Positions 53,268 to 63,969 of a DNA stretch of 64,000 nucleotides are shown here, piece after piece (the stretch's first letter is position 1; the number at the start of each line of letters is the position of its first letter). Source of the stretch: Synechococcales cyanobacterium VAR_4_metabat_354 (GTDB taxonomy: Bacteria; Cyanobacteriota; Cyanobacteriia; Cyanobacteriales; Chamaesiphonaceae); assembly GCA_031414775.1 (NCBI GenBank), contig JANOQI010000041.1:138727-202726 (forward strand), written 5' to 3'. A program made the translations under genes and the position numbers. Under the pieces are notes generated by a model. That model did not search any database. It saw only the letters and a list, made by a program, of their open reading frames with translations, and was not told the DNA's origin.

Positions 53268-53906
53268 ATGAGTCTAAATCTCTACCTCCTCCGCCATGGC
53301 GAAACTATCTATAGCCGTTCTGGTGGGCACTGCGGCTGGATTGACCCCGACCTCACCGCCGAGGGCGAAGAAATGGCTGCTGCTTTTGCTAAAATCTATA
53401 GTCAGGTATCTTGGCAAGCCATTTATGCCAGCCCCATGAAAAGAACCCTGGCTACCGCCCAGCCCCTCAGTGATAAAACTGGAATCGAATTGCAAGTAAG
53501 AGCTGGTCTTAAGGAAATTCATTACGGCGATTGGGAAGGTCAAACAGTGGCAGCTGTCCAGAGCAAGTATGCCGATGACTATCGCCGCTGGCAATCCGAA
53601 CCTGGCTGGAATGCCCCCACCCACGGTGAAACTGGCTTGCAATTAGCTAATCGTGCCCTAGCAGTGATTGCTGAAATCAACCATCAGCATACTAATGGCA
53701 ACGTTTTAGTGGTCTCTCATAAAGCCACCATTCGGATTATTCTTTGCAACTTACTGGGAATTGAACTGGGGCGCTATCGCGATCGATTGGACGTGCCGGC
53801 TTGCTCGGTCAGTGTGATTACCCTGAAGCCCGGTGGCCCGATGCTGAAATCCTTGGGCGATCGCTACCACCTAGATGATAGACTCCGTAATTTACCTGGT
53901 ACTTGA
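53268..53906 (+). CDS. Histidine phosphatase family protein
   Basis: LLRHGET, SPMKR, VVSHK. Confidence 0.9.
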   Translation: MSLNLYLLRHGETIYSRSGGHCGWIDPDLTAEGEEMAAAFAKIYSQVSWQAIYASPMKRTLATAQPLSDKTGIELQVRAGLKEIHYGDWEGQTVAAVQSKYADDYRRWQSEPGWNAPTHGETGLQLANRALAVIAEINHQHTNGNVLVVSHKATIRIILCNLLGIELGRYRDRLDVPACSVSVITLKPGGPMLKSLGDRYHLDDRLRNLPGT

Positions 53907-54071
53907 GCCAGTAGTTGAACCTGGGCCGTTGGGTAGACCGAATTATAAGTATTGCTGATAGGTAAAGTTACTCAATCTAACTTTACAAACCCCGGGGAAA
54001 CCGTCAGAATTAGAGAAAGAGAGCCAATTTAATATTTCAGTTAAGTTTATAGAAAAAAGTAGAGGTTTATC

Positions 54072-55799
54072 ATGGTAGCAATTAGCGCTCCGGCACGCAC
54101 CCGGCTGACAATGCAAACGATTGAGATTGCGGCTAACACCACCGCCATTCGATCGCTAGATTGGGATCGCGATCGGTTTGACATTGAATTCGCCCTAGAA
54201 AATGGTACTACCTATAATTCCTTCTTAATTCGCAGCGAAAAGATTGCCATAGTTGATACCTCCCATGCCAAATTTCGGCAGCTGTATCTTGATACCCTCA
54301 CCGGTTTAATTAATCCCGCTGATATTGACTATTTAGTAGTTAGTCACACAGAACCAGACCACAGTGGCTTAATTAAAGACTTATTGCAATTGAATCCTGA
54401 AATTGTAGTGGTGGGTGCCAAAGTAGCTATGCAGTTTTTGGATAACCTGATTCATCAACCCTATCAACAAATGATCGTCAAAAATGGCGATCGATTAGAT
54501 TTGGGCAATGGCCATGAACTAGAATTTGTTTCAGCTCCCAATCTCCATTGGCCGGATACCATCTTGACCTACGATCATGGCACGCAGACTCTGTTTACTT
54601 GCGATGTATTCGGGATGCACTATTGCGATGACGAAACCTACGATGAAGAACTAGAGCTGCTCAATGCCGACTATCAGACTTACTACAACTGTTTGATGGG
54701 GCCAAATGCACGATCAGTACTGGCTGCCATCAAGCGCATGGCTGAGCTGCCAACCATTAGCACTATTGCCACCGGCCATGGTCCATTACTCCGTCACCAT
54801 ATTGCTGAACTGGTCGGTCGTTATCAAGAATGGAGCAAATCGCAGACCAAGGCGGTGACGCTGGTGGCGATGTTCTATGTATCTGAGTATGGCTGTAGCG
54901 ATCAATTAGCCCATGCGATCGGACAAGGTATTTCTAAAACCGGCGTAGCAGTAGAATTAATTGACTTGCTGGAAGCCGATCCTCATGAGGTCAGAGAGTT
55001 GGTGGGTATTGCTGCCGGGGTGGTGATTGGGATGCCGCCGCAGTCGGGAGCGCAGGCTACTCAAACGCAGGCACTACTGAGTACTATTTTGGCGGCGATC
55101 AATGCTAAACAAACCTTTGGCCTCTTTGAATCTGGCGGTGGCGATGATGACTCGGTTTATCCGCTCCGTAACAAACTGCAAGAAGTGGGCGTGCGCGAAG
55201 CTTTTGCCCCCATTTTGATTAAAGAAACTCCCAATGAAAGTACTTATCAACTCTGTGCCGAAGCGGGGACTGATTTGGGTCAGTGGCTGACTCGCGATCG
55301 CAGCATTAAGCAAATGAAATCGCTTGATAATGACTTAGATAAAGCGCTCGGTAGGTTGAGTGGTGGTTTGTATATCATTACGGCCAAGCGCGGCGAAGCA
55401 GCCAGTGCGATGTTGGCTTCTTGGGTCTCTCAAGCTAGCATCGAACCGGCTGGTATCACCATTGCCGTGGCTAAGGATCGGGCGATAGAATCTTTGATGC
55501 ATGTAGGCGACCACTTTGTCTTAAATATCCTAGAAGAAGGTAATTACCAGCCCCTAATGAAGCACTTTCTGAAGCGGTTTCAACCTGGTGCTGATCGCTT
55601 TGCTGGTATCAAGGTGTATCCAGCGGTCAATGGTTCGCCCATCTTGGCGGATTCGCTGGCTTACCTCGAATGTGAAGTGGTCAGCCGGATGGAAGGTGAT
55701 GATCACTGGATTGTTTACAGTACGGTGGATGTTGGTCGAGTAGCCAAAACAGATTCATTAACAGCAATTCACCATCGCAAAGTAGGTAATCACTACTAA
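54072..55799 (+). CDS. flv4: Flavodiiron protein with canonical diiron ligands (Flv4)
   Basis: SHTEPDH, HWPD, GHG; flavodoxin and flavin reductase domains; gene order matches flv4-sll0218-flv2. Confidence 0.8.
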   Translation: MVAISAPARTRLTMQTIEIAANTTAIRSLDWDRDRFDIEFALENGTTYNSFLIRSEKIAIVDTSHAKFRQLYLDTLTGLINPADIDYLVVSHTEPDHSGLIKDLLQLNPEIVVVGAKVAMQFLDNLIHQPYQQMIVKNGDRLDLGNGHELEFVSAPNLHWPDTILTYDHGTQTLFTCDVFGMHYCDDETYDEELELLNADYQTYYNCLMGPNARSVLAAIKRMAELPTISTIATGHGPLLRHHIAELVGRYQEWSKSQTKAVTLVAMFYVSEYGCSDQLAHAIGQGISKTGVAVELIDLLEADPHEVRELVGIAAGVVIGMPPQSGAQATQTQALLSTILAAINAKQTFGLFESGGGDDDSVYPLRNKLQEVGVREAFAPILIKETPNESTYQLCAEAGTDLGQWLTRDRSIKQMKSLDNDLDKALGRLSGGLYIITAKRGEAASAMLASWVSQASIEPAGITIAVAKDRAIESLMHVGDHFVLNILEEGNYQPLMKHFLKRFQPGADRFAGIKVYPAVNGSPILADSLAYLECEVVSRMEGDDHWIVYSTVDVGRVAKTDSLTAIHHRKVGNHY

Positions 55800-55858
55800 A
55801 GCCATTAGTAAATACAAAGATTACTACGCCATCATCTTACTGATTAGCAAAGCCCCTT

Positions 55859-55893
55859 GATGTAGCGGCTGGAATATCTCCAGCTGCTGCGTT
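55859..55893 (+). other. Intergenic stem-loop after flv4
   Basis: GTAGCGGCTGGA-atatc-TCCAGCTGCTGC (G-U pairs). Confidence 0.5.
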
Positions 55894-55923
55894 AGTAGCT
55901 TTGACTCAATTCGAGGGAATAAC

Positions 55924-56403
55924 ATGGAGCAACCAGTGAAAAATCGATCAAACTCTCCGCCTTTTTGGATCGATCGAGTCGTGTTAGTTTTAGAAACAGT
56001 TCAAGACTTCATTATCATCTCTCTGTGTATCGGCTTGTTTGGAGTGATGTTACTGCAACTGCGCTCAATGTTCATCTCGATCCTGCCGCCTCTGGATTTT
56101 CAAGCGGTCACCGCTGACATTCTATTTATCTTGATCTTAGTAGAGCTATTTCGGCTTCTGATCATTTACTTGCAAGAGCAACGAGTATCGATCGGAGTAG
56201 CTGTAGAAGTAGCGATCGTCTCGGTGCTGAGAGAAGTTATTGTGCGCGGCGTACTCGAAATACCCTGGCCACAGACCTTATCAGCCTGTGCTTTTTTGCT
56301 AGTAATGGGTGTATTGCTGGTAGTCAGAGTTTGGATTCCCCCCACCTTTGAAGGAATTGATCCAGAAAAGAGACTTGTCCAAAAGCACCTAGATAAAAAA
56401 TAA
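55924..56403 (+). CDS. PsiE-like membrane protein (Sll0218 homolog)
   Basis: Four TM segments, ILILVELFRLL, IVSVLREVI; lies between two flv genes. Confidence 0.8.
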   Translation: MEQPVKNRSNSPPFWIDRVVLVLETVQDFIIISLCIGLFGVMLLQLRSMFISILPPLDFQAVTADILFILILVELFRLLIIYLQEQRVSIGVAVEVAIVSVLREVIVRGVLEIPWPQTLSACAFLLVMGVLLVVRVWIPPTFEGIDPEKRLVQKHLDKK

Positions 56404-56477
56404 AATAAACATTTCCTGACTCTACTTTACGCTTTGATTATCCTTTAAACCTTTTTATACTTCATTTTTCTGATTCT

Positions 56478-58265
56478 ATGGCTGACTTTAAACCGCGTGA
56501 TGTCCAAGTTGCTGAAGTTGGTACCGATACCACAGTGTTGCGATCACGCACCTGGGAACGGCTCAAATTTGAAATTGAGTATGCTCGTCAAAAGGGTTCT
56601 ACCGCTAATTCTTATCTGATTCAAGGGCAATCGATCGTACTGATCGACCCACCGGGCGAATCTTTTACCGACCTATTTTTGGAAGAGTTGGGGCAACATG
56701 CTTACTATCAGCGACTTAACTACATCATCCTCAGCCATGTCAATCCCAACCGGATTGCTACCCTCAAACGTTTACTAGAGGCAGCTCCCTACGCCACAGT
56801 TATTTGCTCCAAGCCAGGGGTTAATACCTTACGATCGGTTTTTGCCAACTCCTTCGACCTGCCCTCACCGCGCGAAGATGAGGCTCAGGATCTGGGTCTG
56901 GAGTTTGGTGACAACCAAACCCTCAAAGTCCACATTGCCCGCGATGGCGAAACGATGGATATGGGCAATGGTCATCTTCTTCAGTTTCGCTTTGTCCCCA
57001 CCCCTCGTCACCCGGATGCCTTGGCCACCTATGACCAAGCTAGCCGCATCCTTTACACCGATAAACTATTTGGCAGCCATGTTTGTGATGATGCGGTGTT
57101 TGACGAACACTGGAAAACCCTCAGTGAAGATCGGCGTTATTATTTCGATTGCCTCCATGCCGCCCAGGCTAACCAAGTAGAGGCAGCCATGCAGAAGCTC
57201 GCCGAGTTTCCAGCGCGCACCTATGCTCCTAATCATGGTTCGCTGGTGCGACATAGCCGCAGTGTCTTGACCCTCGATTATCAGAGTTGGTGCCAACAGC
57301 AGCAGAGCAAAGAGCTGAACGTGGTCTTGCTTTATACCTCGGCCTATGGCAACACCGCGATGATGGCGCAGGCGATCGCCCAGGGCATTACCCAAGCTGG
57401 CGTGGCTGTCCAGAGTATCAATTGCGAATTTACGGATACCGCTGATATCACTAAGGCCGTGCAAGCCTGTGACGGTTTTATTATTGGTTCTCCGACATTG
57501 GCTGGACTGCCGCCAACCCAGATTCAGACAGCATTAGGAATTGTACTTTCGACTGCCACTCAGACCAAAGTGGCCGGAGTATTTGGCTCCTACGGTTGGA
57601 GTGGTGAAGCAGTAGATCTGATTGAACGTAAATTGCAAGATGTTGGTTATCCGCTGGGATTTGCCACCATGCGGATCAAATTCGCCCCCACCGAAGAAGT
57701 TTTGCAGCAGTGCACCGCCGCTGGCGGCGAGTTTGCCAAAGTCCTTCAGCGAGCCAAAAAGGTCAGAGCACCCCGCCAAGCCAGCGTTGATGGTCAGATC
57801 GATCGGACTGGCCAAGCCGTCGGGCGGATCACTGGTTCGCTCTGTGTAATCACCGTCAACAATATGGGCGAGCCAGTCGGATTTCTGACTTCTTGGGTTT
57901 CGCAAGCTGGATTCAGTCCGCCCGCCATTACCATCGCCGTAGCCAAAGATCGAGAACTGTCTTGTTTAGCCCAGTCCGGTGAAGTTTTTGTGCTGAATAT
58001 CCTCAAAGAAGGTCATAATCTGCGACGCCACTTTCTCAAACCCCCCGCCCCAGGGACAAATCAATTTACCGGTATTGCGACTGAAACAGCGGCGAATGGT
58101 TGCTTGATGCTAACAGAGACCCTTTCTTACCTAGAGTGCACCGTCCAAAATCGGATGGATTGTGGTGATCATTGGCTGCTTTATGCCCTAGTCAATAATG
58201 GCAGAGTCTTAGAAACAACTGGTGTGACAGCGATTAACCATCGCAAATCCGGCAGTCAATACTAG
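56478..58265 (+). CDS. flv2: Flavodiiron protein with non-canonical ligands (Flv2)
   Basis: SHVNPNR instead of HTEPDH; KPRDVQ N-terminus; operon context. Confidence 0.78.
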   Translation: MADFKPRDVQVAEVGTDTTVLRSRTWERLKFEIEYARQKGSTANSYLIQGQSIVLIDPPGESFTDLFLEELGQHAYYQRLNYIILSHVNPNRIATLKRLLEAAPYATVICSKPGVNTLRSVFANSFDLPSPREDEAQDLGLEFGDNQTLKVHIARDGETMDMGNGHLLQFRFVPTPRHPDALATYDQASRILYTDKLFGSHVCDDAVFDEHWKTLSEDRRYYFDCLHAAQANQVEAAMQKLAEFPARTYAPNHGSLVRHSRSVLTLDYQSWCQQQQSKELNVVLLYTSAYGNTAMMAQAIAQGITQAGVAVQSINCEFTDTADITKAVQACDGFIIGSPTLAGLPPTQIQTALGIVLSTATQTKVAGVFGSYGWSGEAVDLIERKLQDVGYPLGFATMRIKFAPTEEVLQQCTAAGGEFAKVLQRAKKVRAPRQASVDGQIDRTGQAVGRITGSLCVITVNNMGEPVGFLTSWVSQAGFSPPAITIAVAKDRELSCLAQSGEVFVLNILKEGHNLRRHFLKPPAPGTNQFTGIATETAANGCLMLTETLSYLECTVQNRMDCGDHWLLYALVNNGRVLETTGVTAINHRKSGSQY

Positions 58266-58449
58266 AAAGAAAATATTGTTCCCATAGTGCAATCAGTAGT
58301 TCATTCCATTGATTAGGAGTTTTCAGACACCTTCTGAGTATTAATACTCACTTTGATCTTATGATTAATATATGGTCAAGATATATGGTTAAAATCTTGA
58401 CAATTCAGTAAACTTAATTTTATTCACTGGTGAGTATTTCTACTCAGTC

Positions 58450-60156
58450 TTGATCGTGCCCAATTCATTTCCTTGGCTGACTATCATTGTTTGTCTACCG
58501 CTCGTTGCTTCCCTGCTGATCCCGATCTTGCCTGACAAAGATGGGAAGACAATCCGTCTTTATGCTTTAGGTATAGCGATCGCTGATTTTGCGCTGATGT
58601 GCTATGTCTTTTGGCAGCACTATGATCCGAGCAGCACTACTTTTCAGCTCGTGGAAAAATATGACTGGATTCCCAAATTAGGATTGAGTTGGGCTATTTC
58701 AGTGGATGGAATATCTGCGCCCTTAGTATTACTGGCCGGATTTGTCACTACTCTCTCCATTTTTGCAGCTTGGCAAGTTGATATTAAGCCACGCCTTTTT
58801 TACGTCTTGATGTTGGTACTCTATTCCGCCCAGATCGGCGTTTTTGTGGCTCAGGATTTAGTTTTACTATTTATCATGTGGGAAGTCGAGTTGATTCCCG
58901 TTTATTTACTAGTTTCCATCTGGGGTGGCCAGAAGCGTCAGTACGCCGCCACTAAATTTTTGTTATATACGGCGCTGTCTTCCATCTTTATTCTGGTAGC
59001 CGCTCTGGCGATGGCTTTCTATGGTGACAATTTCACTTTTGATGTGGCTGAACTGGCGCAAAAACACTATCCTCTCGCTTGGCAAATTCCTCTCTATGGG
59101 GGCTTGTTGATTGCCTTTGGCCTCAAACTGGCTGTTTTCCCTTTGCATACTTGGCTCCCAGATGCTCATGGTGAAGCATCTTCGCCAGTCTCCATGGTAC
59201 TGGCTGGAGTTTTGCTTAAAATGGGTGGCTATGGACTGATTCGCCTGAATTTAGGACTGCTGCCCGATGCTCACGTTTACTTTGCTCCAGTCTTAGTGAT
59301 GTTAGGGGTTGTGAACGTGGTGTATGGCGGTATTAACTCTTTTGCTCAAACCAACATGAAGCGGCGCTTAGCCTATTCATCAGTCTCCCATATGGGTTTT
59401 GTGTTGTTGGGCATTGCTTCTTTCACCGATTTGGGAATCAACGGTGCCATGTTACAGATGATTTCCCATGGTTTAATTGCGGCCGTTCTTTTCTTTCTGG
59501 CTGGGGTTACTTACGATCGAACTCACACCATGGTACTCAGTGAAATGGGCAATATTGGCGAAGTGATGCCGAAAATATTTGCGCTATTTACGGCTGGGGC
59601 GCTGGCCTCGTTGGCACTACCGGGGATGAGTGGGTTTGCTGGTGAAATCGCTGTGTTTATGGGGATGGCTACTAGTGATATTTATAGTTCAACCTTCCGG
59701 GTAGTGACCATTTTTCTATCGGCTCTCGGTCTGATTTTGACCCCAATCTATTTACTTTCGATGCTGCGTCAGATTTTCTATAACCCTGGTGGCACGGCAC
59801 CGAACTGTGATATTGCGCCTAGTTGCGATATCACCGATCCAGACTTGCTAGGTCGGGGCAATCAGGAAGCTGTTTGTTTTGGTAATAGTTGTGTGATGCC
59901 TGCTCAAGCTGAATTTAGTGATGCTCGGCCGCGTGAAATTTTGATTGCCGCCTGCTTTCTAGTACCAATTATCATTTTTGGCTGTTATCCTAAACTTGCG
60001 ATGCAAATGTATGATGCCAAAACAGTGGCTGTGAATGTTCAGTTGCGCCAATCCCATGCCCAAGCTTATGCGAGTAATCCCACTTATTCCCAGCAATTTT
60101 CGGCTCCACCACTATTGGGGTCTAAAATTGCCGCCGTATCTAGTATCTTGAAGTGA
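58450..60156 (+). CDS. ndhD: NAD(P)H-quinone oxidoreductase subunit 4 (NdhD)
   Basis: [35 protein letters not shown]. Confidence 0.93.
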   Translation: MIVPNSFPWLTIIVCLPLVASLLIPILPDKDGKTIRLYALGIAIADFALMCYVFWQHYDPSSTTFQLVEKYDWIPKLGLSWAISVDGISAPLVLLAGFVTTLSIFAAWQVDIKPRLFYVLMLVLYSAQIGVFVAQDLVLLFIMWEVELIPVYLLVSIWGGQKRQYAATKFLLYTALSSIFILVAALAMAFYGDNFTFDVAELAQKHYPLAWQIPLYGGLLIAFGLKLAVFPLHTWLPDAHGEASSPVSMVLAGVLLKMGGYGLIRLNLGLLPDAHVYFAPVLVMLGVVNVVYGGINSFAQTNMKRRLAYSSVSHMGFVLLGIASFTDLGINGAMLQMISHGLIAAVLFFLAGVTYDRTHTMVLSEMGNIGEVMPKIFALFTAGALASLALPGMSGFAGEIAVFMGMATSDIYSSTFRVVTIFLSALGLILTPIYLLSMLRQIFYNPGGTAPNCDIAPSCDITDPDLLGRGNQEAVCFGNSCVMPAQAEFSDARPREILIAACFLVPIIIFGCYPKLAMQMYDAKTVAVNVQLRQSHAQAYASNPTYSQQFSAPPLLGSKIAAVSSILK

Positions 60157-60186
60157 TTTGGGCTATTAAATGATAGACGATCGATA

Positions 60187-61449
60187 TTAGCCCACTAGGC
60201 GAGCTGGTAATCTTACTGGCGCTGCCTCACCCATTAATTCTGCTACTCGGATCGCCGAAGTAATGGCTCCTTCATGCAAACCATCGCCTAAATAGGCACC
60301 AACATGATAGGTATGATTTTCGCCATTGGTTTGAATAATCTCTTGGCGATCGCGGAAAGCCGCTACTGTATAAAGTGGGGTATGGTGCTGCTGCACATGC
60401 AGAATCTGGTCTGGAGCAATCAGACTTTCTAGATTAAATGACAGACTATATTGCAGCGGCGATGCGATACCACATAGCTGATTGAGATTGGCATTGTATC
60501 CCCAATAACCATGTTGGCGATCGGTTTGGAAGAAATCAAATTCCGAGCCAGTTTTAATGCCGTAAGGTCGATATATAGCTGTATCACTATGTAGCAGAGT
60601 TTGGATATGATTTCCTTGCCAGGGGCTAAATCTCCTGACCTCAGCACTATCGGGATCTGTTAACAACTTCAGTACTTGATTGGGAGGAGTTGCGAACACT
60701 ATTCGATCAAAATCTAGCACCATGCCAGTGGATAATTTGACATGCGCCCCCACTGCTGTACGCCAAATCGCCGCCACTTGAACATCTAGAAATATTTGAC
60801 CTCGGAAGCAATTGAGGATTTTTTGAATATAAGAATATACGCCACCTTTGATGCGCACCCAGTCCACAAAAACGTCGTCACGGAGCATCGGGATCACTAG
60901 CTCAGCCGGACAATCATCCAATAGCCCAAAGGACATCGAATAACTGTACATCGCAAATAATTTTAGCCAGGTGTCGCGAATGCTCGGACGAGTGAAATGG
61001 GCGGCCAGGGATTGATTATGAAAGTCTAGTAGTCGCCAAAACTTGGTTTTAATCAAAAAACTAACCGATCGAGCATACAAGGCATCCAACCGTAAATACT
61101 CACTCCACCGTCGCCAACCACTAAAATTTTTTTCAATCACCTGCCCCGAAAAATAGTGGTTGCCATCTTTCATAAACAGAGCAGAACCCACACTGACTGG
61201 CTCTAACTCGACACCCAACTCATTCATCAAAGCAATAAAGTTATGGAATATCGTGGGGAACTCCAGCACTCCATTTTCTAGCACCAAGTTACTATGAGAG
61301 CGATTGGGCTGCACGTTTTGGTTGAGGGTGCGGATGTGACCGCCCAGCATTGGTTGTCGCTCAAATACTGTAACTTGGTGGCTCTGTTTGTCTAACAAAT
61401 ATGCAGTCACCATGCCGCTAGCACCGCCACCAATAATCGCGACTTTCAT
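60187..61449 (-). CDS. FAD-dependent oxidoreductase (amine-oxidase-like)
   Basis: IIGGGASG, GGHIRT, GAYLGDGLHEGAITSA. Confidence 0.85.
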   Translation of the reverse strand: MKVAIIGGGASGMVTAYLLDKQSHQVTVFERQPMLGGHIRTLNQNVQPNRSHSNLVLENGVLEFPTIFHNFIALMNELGVELEPVSVGSALFMKDGNHYFSGQVIEKNFSGWRRWSEYLRLDALYARSVSFLIKTKFWRLLDFHNQSLAAHFTRPSIRDTWLKLFAMYSYSMSFGLLDDCPAELVIPMLRDDVFVDWVRIKGGVYSYIQKILNCFRGQIFLDVQVAAIWRTAVGAHVKLSTGMVLDFDRIVFATPPNQVLKLLTDPDSAEVRRFSPWQGNHIQTLLHSDTAIYRPYGIKTGSEFDFFQTDRQHGYWGYNANLNQLCGIASPLQYSLSFNLESLIAPDQILHVQQHHTPLYTVAAFRDRQEIIQTNGENHTYHVGAYLGDGLHEGAITSAIRVAELMGEAAPVRLPARLVG

Positions 61450-61526
61450 TATTCAACTCCTAATATTGATTTAATTGATCTAAGTCAATCTTGATCAGTT
61501 GGTTGAGCGTAGCTCCAACGAGCTGA

Positions 61527-63059
61527 TTAATTCAAAATGACATCGCCCGATAGTCGTTGATATAGCAATGCTCCTGTCCAAAAAGTAGGGGCAAAACCGG
61601 GATAGCCAGAGGAAGCATTACAAAAATAGAAATTTTGCAAAGATGTGTGGTGATTGAGGCGACCAAGCCCCATGTTGCGCGGGGTCAGGCTCGAACCGTA
61701 GGAATTTCCCTGTGGACAGTAACAAAAGTGTTCGTTGGTAGTAGGACTACCGGTGATTTTAAACACCAAGTGCGATCGGAAGTCGGGTACATAGTGTTTT
61801 TCTACTACATCCAAAATCGAGTCCAAAATCTCGGCTTTTTTTTGCCGGTATTCTTTAGGGTCTAGATCCCGCAGTTGTTTGAAGTACTGATAGTTAGCTA
61901 CCGTCAAAAACTCTATGACTTGGCAGTCTGGCGGGCAGTCACCCACCGCATCGGTCAAGAGAGTGGGTGTGGTAATCGCAAAACTAGGGTTAGTATAATC
62001 GTGATGATTGTACATGCGATCGAACGCCACATTCAGATCGATATCGCCACTATGGAATGTATTCCACTTCCCGAAACCGTAGTCGCGGAGGTCGATTCCC
62101 TGTACGACACAGTAGGCCATGAAATTAGAAGGTGAGTAGTCATAATTTAACTTGCGGCGGACTAACCACGAAAACTTATCGCTCCCAATCATCTTAGCGG
62201 CCTTTTTGGGATCAATATTACAGATCACCGTATCAGCCAAATATTCATGAGATTGGTGAGTAAGCAGATCGATCGACTGCACGCCTGTTACTGTTTTGCC
62301 CGTGAGCAAAAAGTTGGTAACTTCTTGATTGAGTAAGACCTGACCACCATGATCAGTAATTACTTTTACGAGAGCATTAACCACCTGCTCGAAGTGTTGG
62401 GTGGGGTAGAAAGCACCTTCTTGATAACCCGTAAACAGAATAACCCAAGCATAAAAAGAAAGCTGCGCCGGTGGTAATAGAAAATCTGGCCACTGGAGCG
62501 CCAGTAGCGTTTGAGCCGCCAGCGGAACTTTGAACTTGTCAAAAACATCCTGAAGAGTACTATTGAGATACTGAATTGCGGTATAGACTACTCCCAAATG
62601 TTGTAGTAGTTCTAGCGGCTGCACTGGTGGTGATAGATAGCGCAAACCAGCCCGTACCTTTTGTAATTCTGCGATAAATCGCTTTAACTGCTCAGCATCC
62701 TGGGGGAAAAGACCAGTAAGGCGTTGCACTAGTTCTGCTGAATCGCTAGGAATGTTAATGGCATAATTGGGCATCCGCATGTGATCAAAACCATGGGGAT
62801 CATATCGATCGAACGTCACTGTTTGATCTAGGTGTAATTTTTGTAATACCTGATGCACTGGATGACCAGCACCACAATCCCACACATAGTGCAGCTGGGC
62901 ATTAAAGGTGTATTTTTTGGCCATCGTAAAGCTATGACCAAACCCACCAGGATGCTCGTGTGCTTCGATCACTCGCACCATCTTGCCCGTATTGGCCATC
63001 AAGGCACCAAAGACTAATGCGGACAAACCACTGCCTACAATTAGGTAATCTGTTTTCAT
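61527..63059 (-). CDS. Phytoene desaturase / retinol saturase-like FAD oxidoreductase
   Basis: IVGSGLSAL, EAHEHPGG, GSPTTN..F...GNSYG. Confidence 0.8.
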   Translation of the reverse strand: MKTDYLIVGSGLSALVFGALMANTGKMVRVIEAHEHPGGFGHSFTMAKKYTFNAQLHYVWDCGAGHPVHQVLQKLHLDQTVTFDRYDPHGFDHMRMPNYAINIPSDSAELVQRLTGLFPQDAEQLKRFIAELQKVRAGLRYLSPPVQPLELLQHLGVVYTAIQYLNSTLQDVFDKFKVPLAAQTLLALQWPDFLLPPAQLSFYAWVILFTGYQEGAFYPTQHFEQVVNALVKVITDHGGQVLLNQEVTNFLLTGKTVTGVQSIDLLTHQSHEYLADTVICNIDPKKAAKMIGSDKFSWLVRRKLNYDYSPSNFMAYCVVQGIDLRDYGFGKWNTFHSGDIDLNVAFDRMYNHHDYTNPSFAITTPTLLTDAVGDCPPDCQVIEFLTVANYQYFKQLRDLDPKEYRQKKAEILDSILDVVEKHYVPDFRSHLVFKITGSPTTNEHFCYCPQGNSYGSSLTPRNMGLGRLNHHTSLQNFYFCNASSGYPGFAPTFWTGALLYQRLSGDVILN

Positions 63060-63140
63060 GACCTTCTTCCTGACGTTTAAATTTAATCATCAGTTCATTA
63101 TTATCAAACTCAGCAGCATCATTTCATGACTTAATATGAG

Positions 63141-63629
63141 TCATTGAGTGGCAGGAACAGTTGGAGATTTATCGATGATAGGTACCTTCACCACATTCGG
63201 CACACTGGCTGTTGATTTGGGCATCATTAGAGTCAAGAGACCATCACTGACCTCGGCGGTGACATGCTCGCGCTGGATCGCTGATGGTAATGGTACTACC
63301 CGTCGGAACTGACCATAGTGAAACTCCGTGCGTAGAATTCCTTTGCTATCGGTTTTTTGTTCTTGCTGATATTCACCAGTTAAAAAAATGGCATTCTCGC
63401 TCACCTGAATATCTAATTTATCTGTTTCCAAGCCCGGTACTTGGGCTTTGAGCAATAGATCTGTCTCAGTTTCTTGCAGTTCGATCGCCGGCATCCAGGG
63501 AGTTTCTCGTACTTGAGGAGAAACCTGCCCTAGCCTTGGCTCTTCATGTACGATCTCGTCGAAAAGTCGATTTATCTGGTGGCGTAAGCCATTCAATTCT
63601 TCTAGAGGTTGCCATTTTATTAGTGACAT
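63141..63629 (-). CDS. Small heat-shock protein (Hsp20/alpha-crystallin)
   Basis: WMPAIELQET, EFHYGQFRRVVPLP, DGLLTLMMPK; GGAGG RBS. Confidence 0.93.
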   Translation of the reverse strand: MSLIKWQPLEELNGLRHQINRLFDEIVHEEPRLGQVSPQVRETPWMPAIELQETETDLLLKAQVPGLETDKLDIQVSENAIFLTGEYQQEQKTDSKGILRTEFHYGQFRRVVPLPSAIQREHVTAEVSDGLLTLMMPKSTASVPNVVKVPIIDKSPTVPATQ

Positions 63630-63669
63630 AACGAATATACCTCCGATTAATAAAGTTTAATATAGCTCT

Positions 63670-63778
63670 AGACTAAAGCAAGAAGTTGAGGAACTTGTGA
63701 GTGCTCAAGTTTGGTATCACATATAACTTTAATCTAGCTAAGTTTGCTCACAAGTTTCTCAACATTATGTTGTAAGGT
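63670..63778. promoter_or_regulatory. Divergent promoter pair built from two inverted copies of a 17-bp motif (63685-63701 and 63747-63763), each 9 nt from a TAnnnT box
   Basis: Minus strand CTCACAAGTTCCTCAAC-N9-TAGTCT; plus strand CTCACAAGTTTCTCAAC-N9-TAAGGT. Confidence 0.65.
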
Positions 63779-63819
63779 GCGAATGGCAAAAAAATTAGAG
63801 ATTCGGAGGTGCTATCAAC

Positions 63820-63969
63820 ATGTTTCTAAAACCACTCGCTAAATTAAGCTTCACTATTAAATCAATAGTCCGGACAGATTTACAACGACAATGTGCCAAA
63901 TATCGACGAAAAGCGATTCATCGCGTAAGGTACAAGTATCAACAAAGCACCAGAAGAATCGCCGTATGA
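63820..63969 (+). CDS. Small basic hypothetical protein (49 aa; absent from the ORF track)
   Basis: GGAGGT RBS at 63805-63810; MFLKPLAKLSFTIKSIVRTDLQRQCAKYRRKAIHRVRYKYQQSTRRIAV; its stop overlaps an ATG at 63966. Confidence 0.45.
   Translation: MFLKPLAKLSFTIKSIVRTDLQRQCAKYRRKAIHRVRYKYQQSTRRIAV

Noticed and set aside
54072..58265. Calling the flavodiiron pair flv3/flv1
   Set aside because: The intervening PsiE-like gene and gene order match flv4-sll0218-flv2; a phylogeny would settle it
61475..61488. TTGAT-N4-GTCAA FNR-like box
   Set aside because: Single imperfect copy in a short intra-operon gap with no supporting promoter
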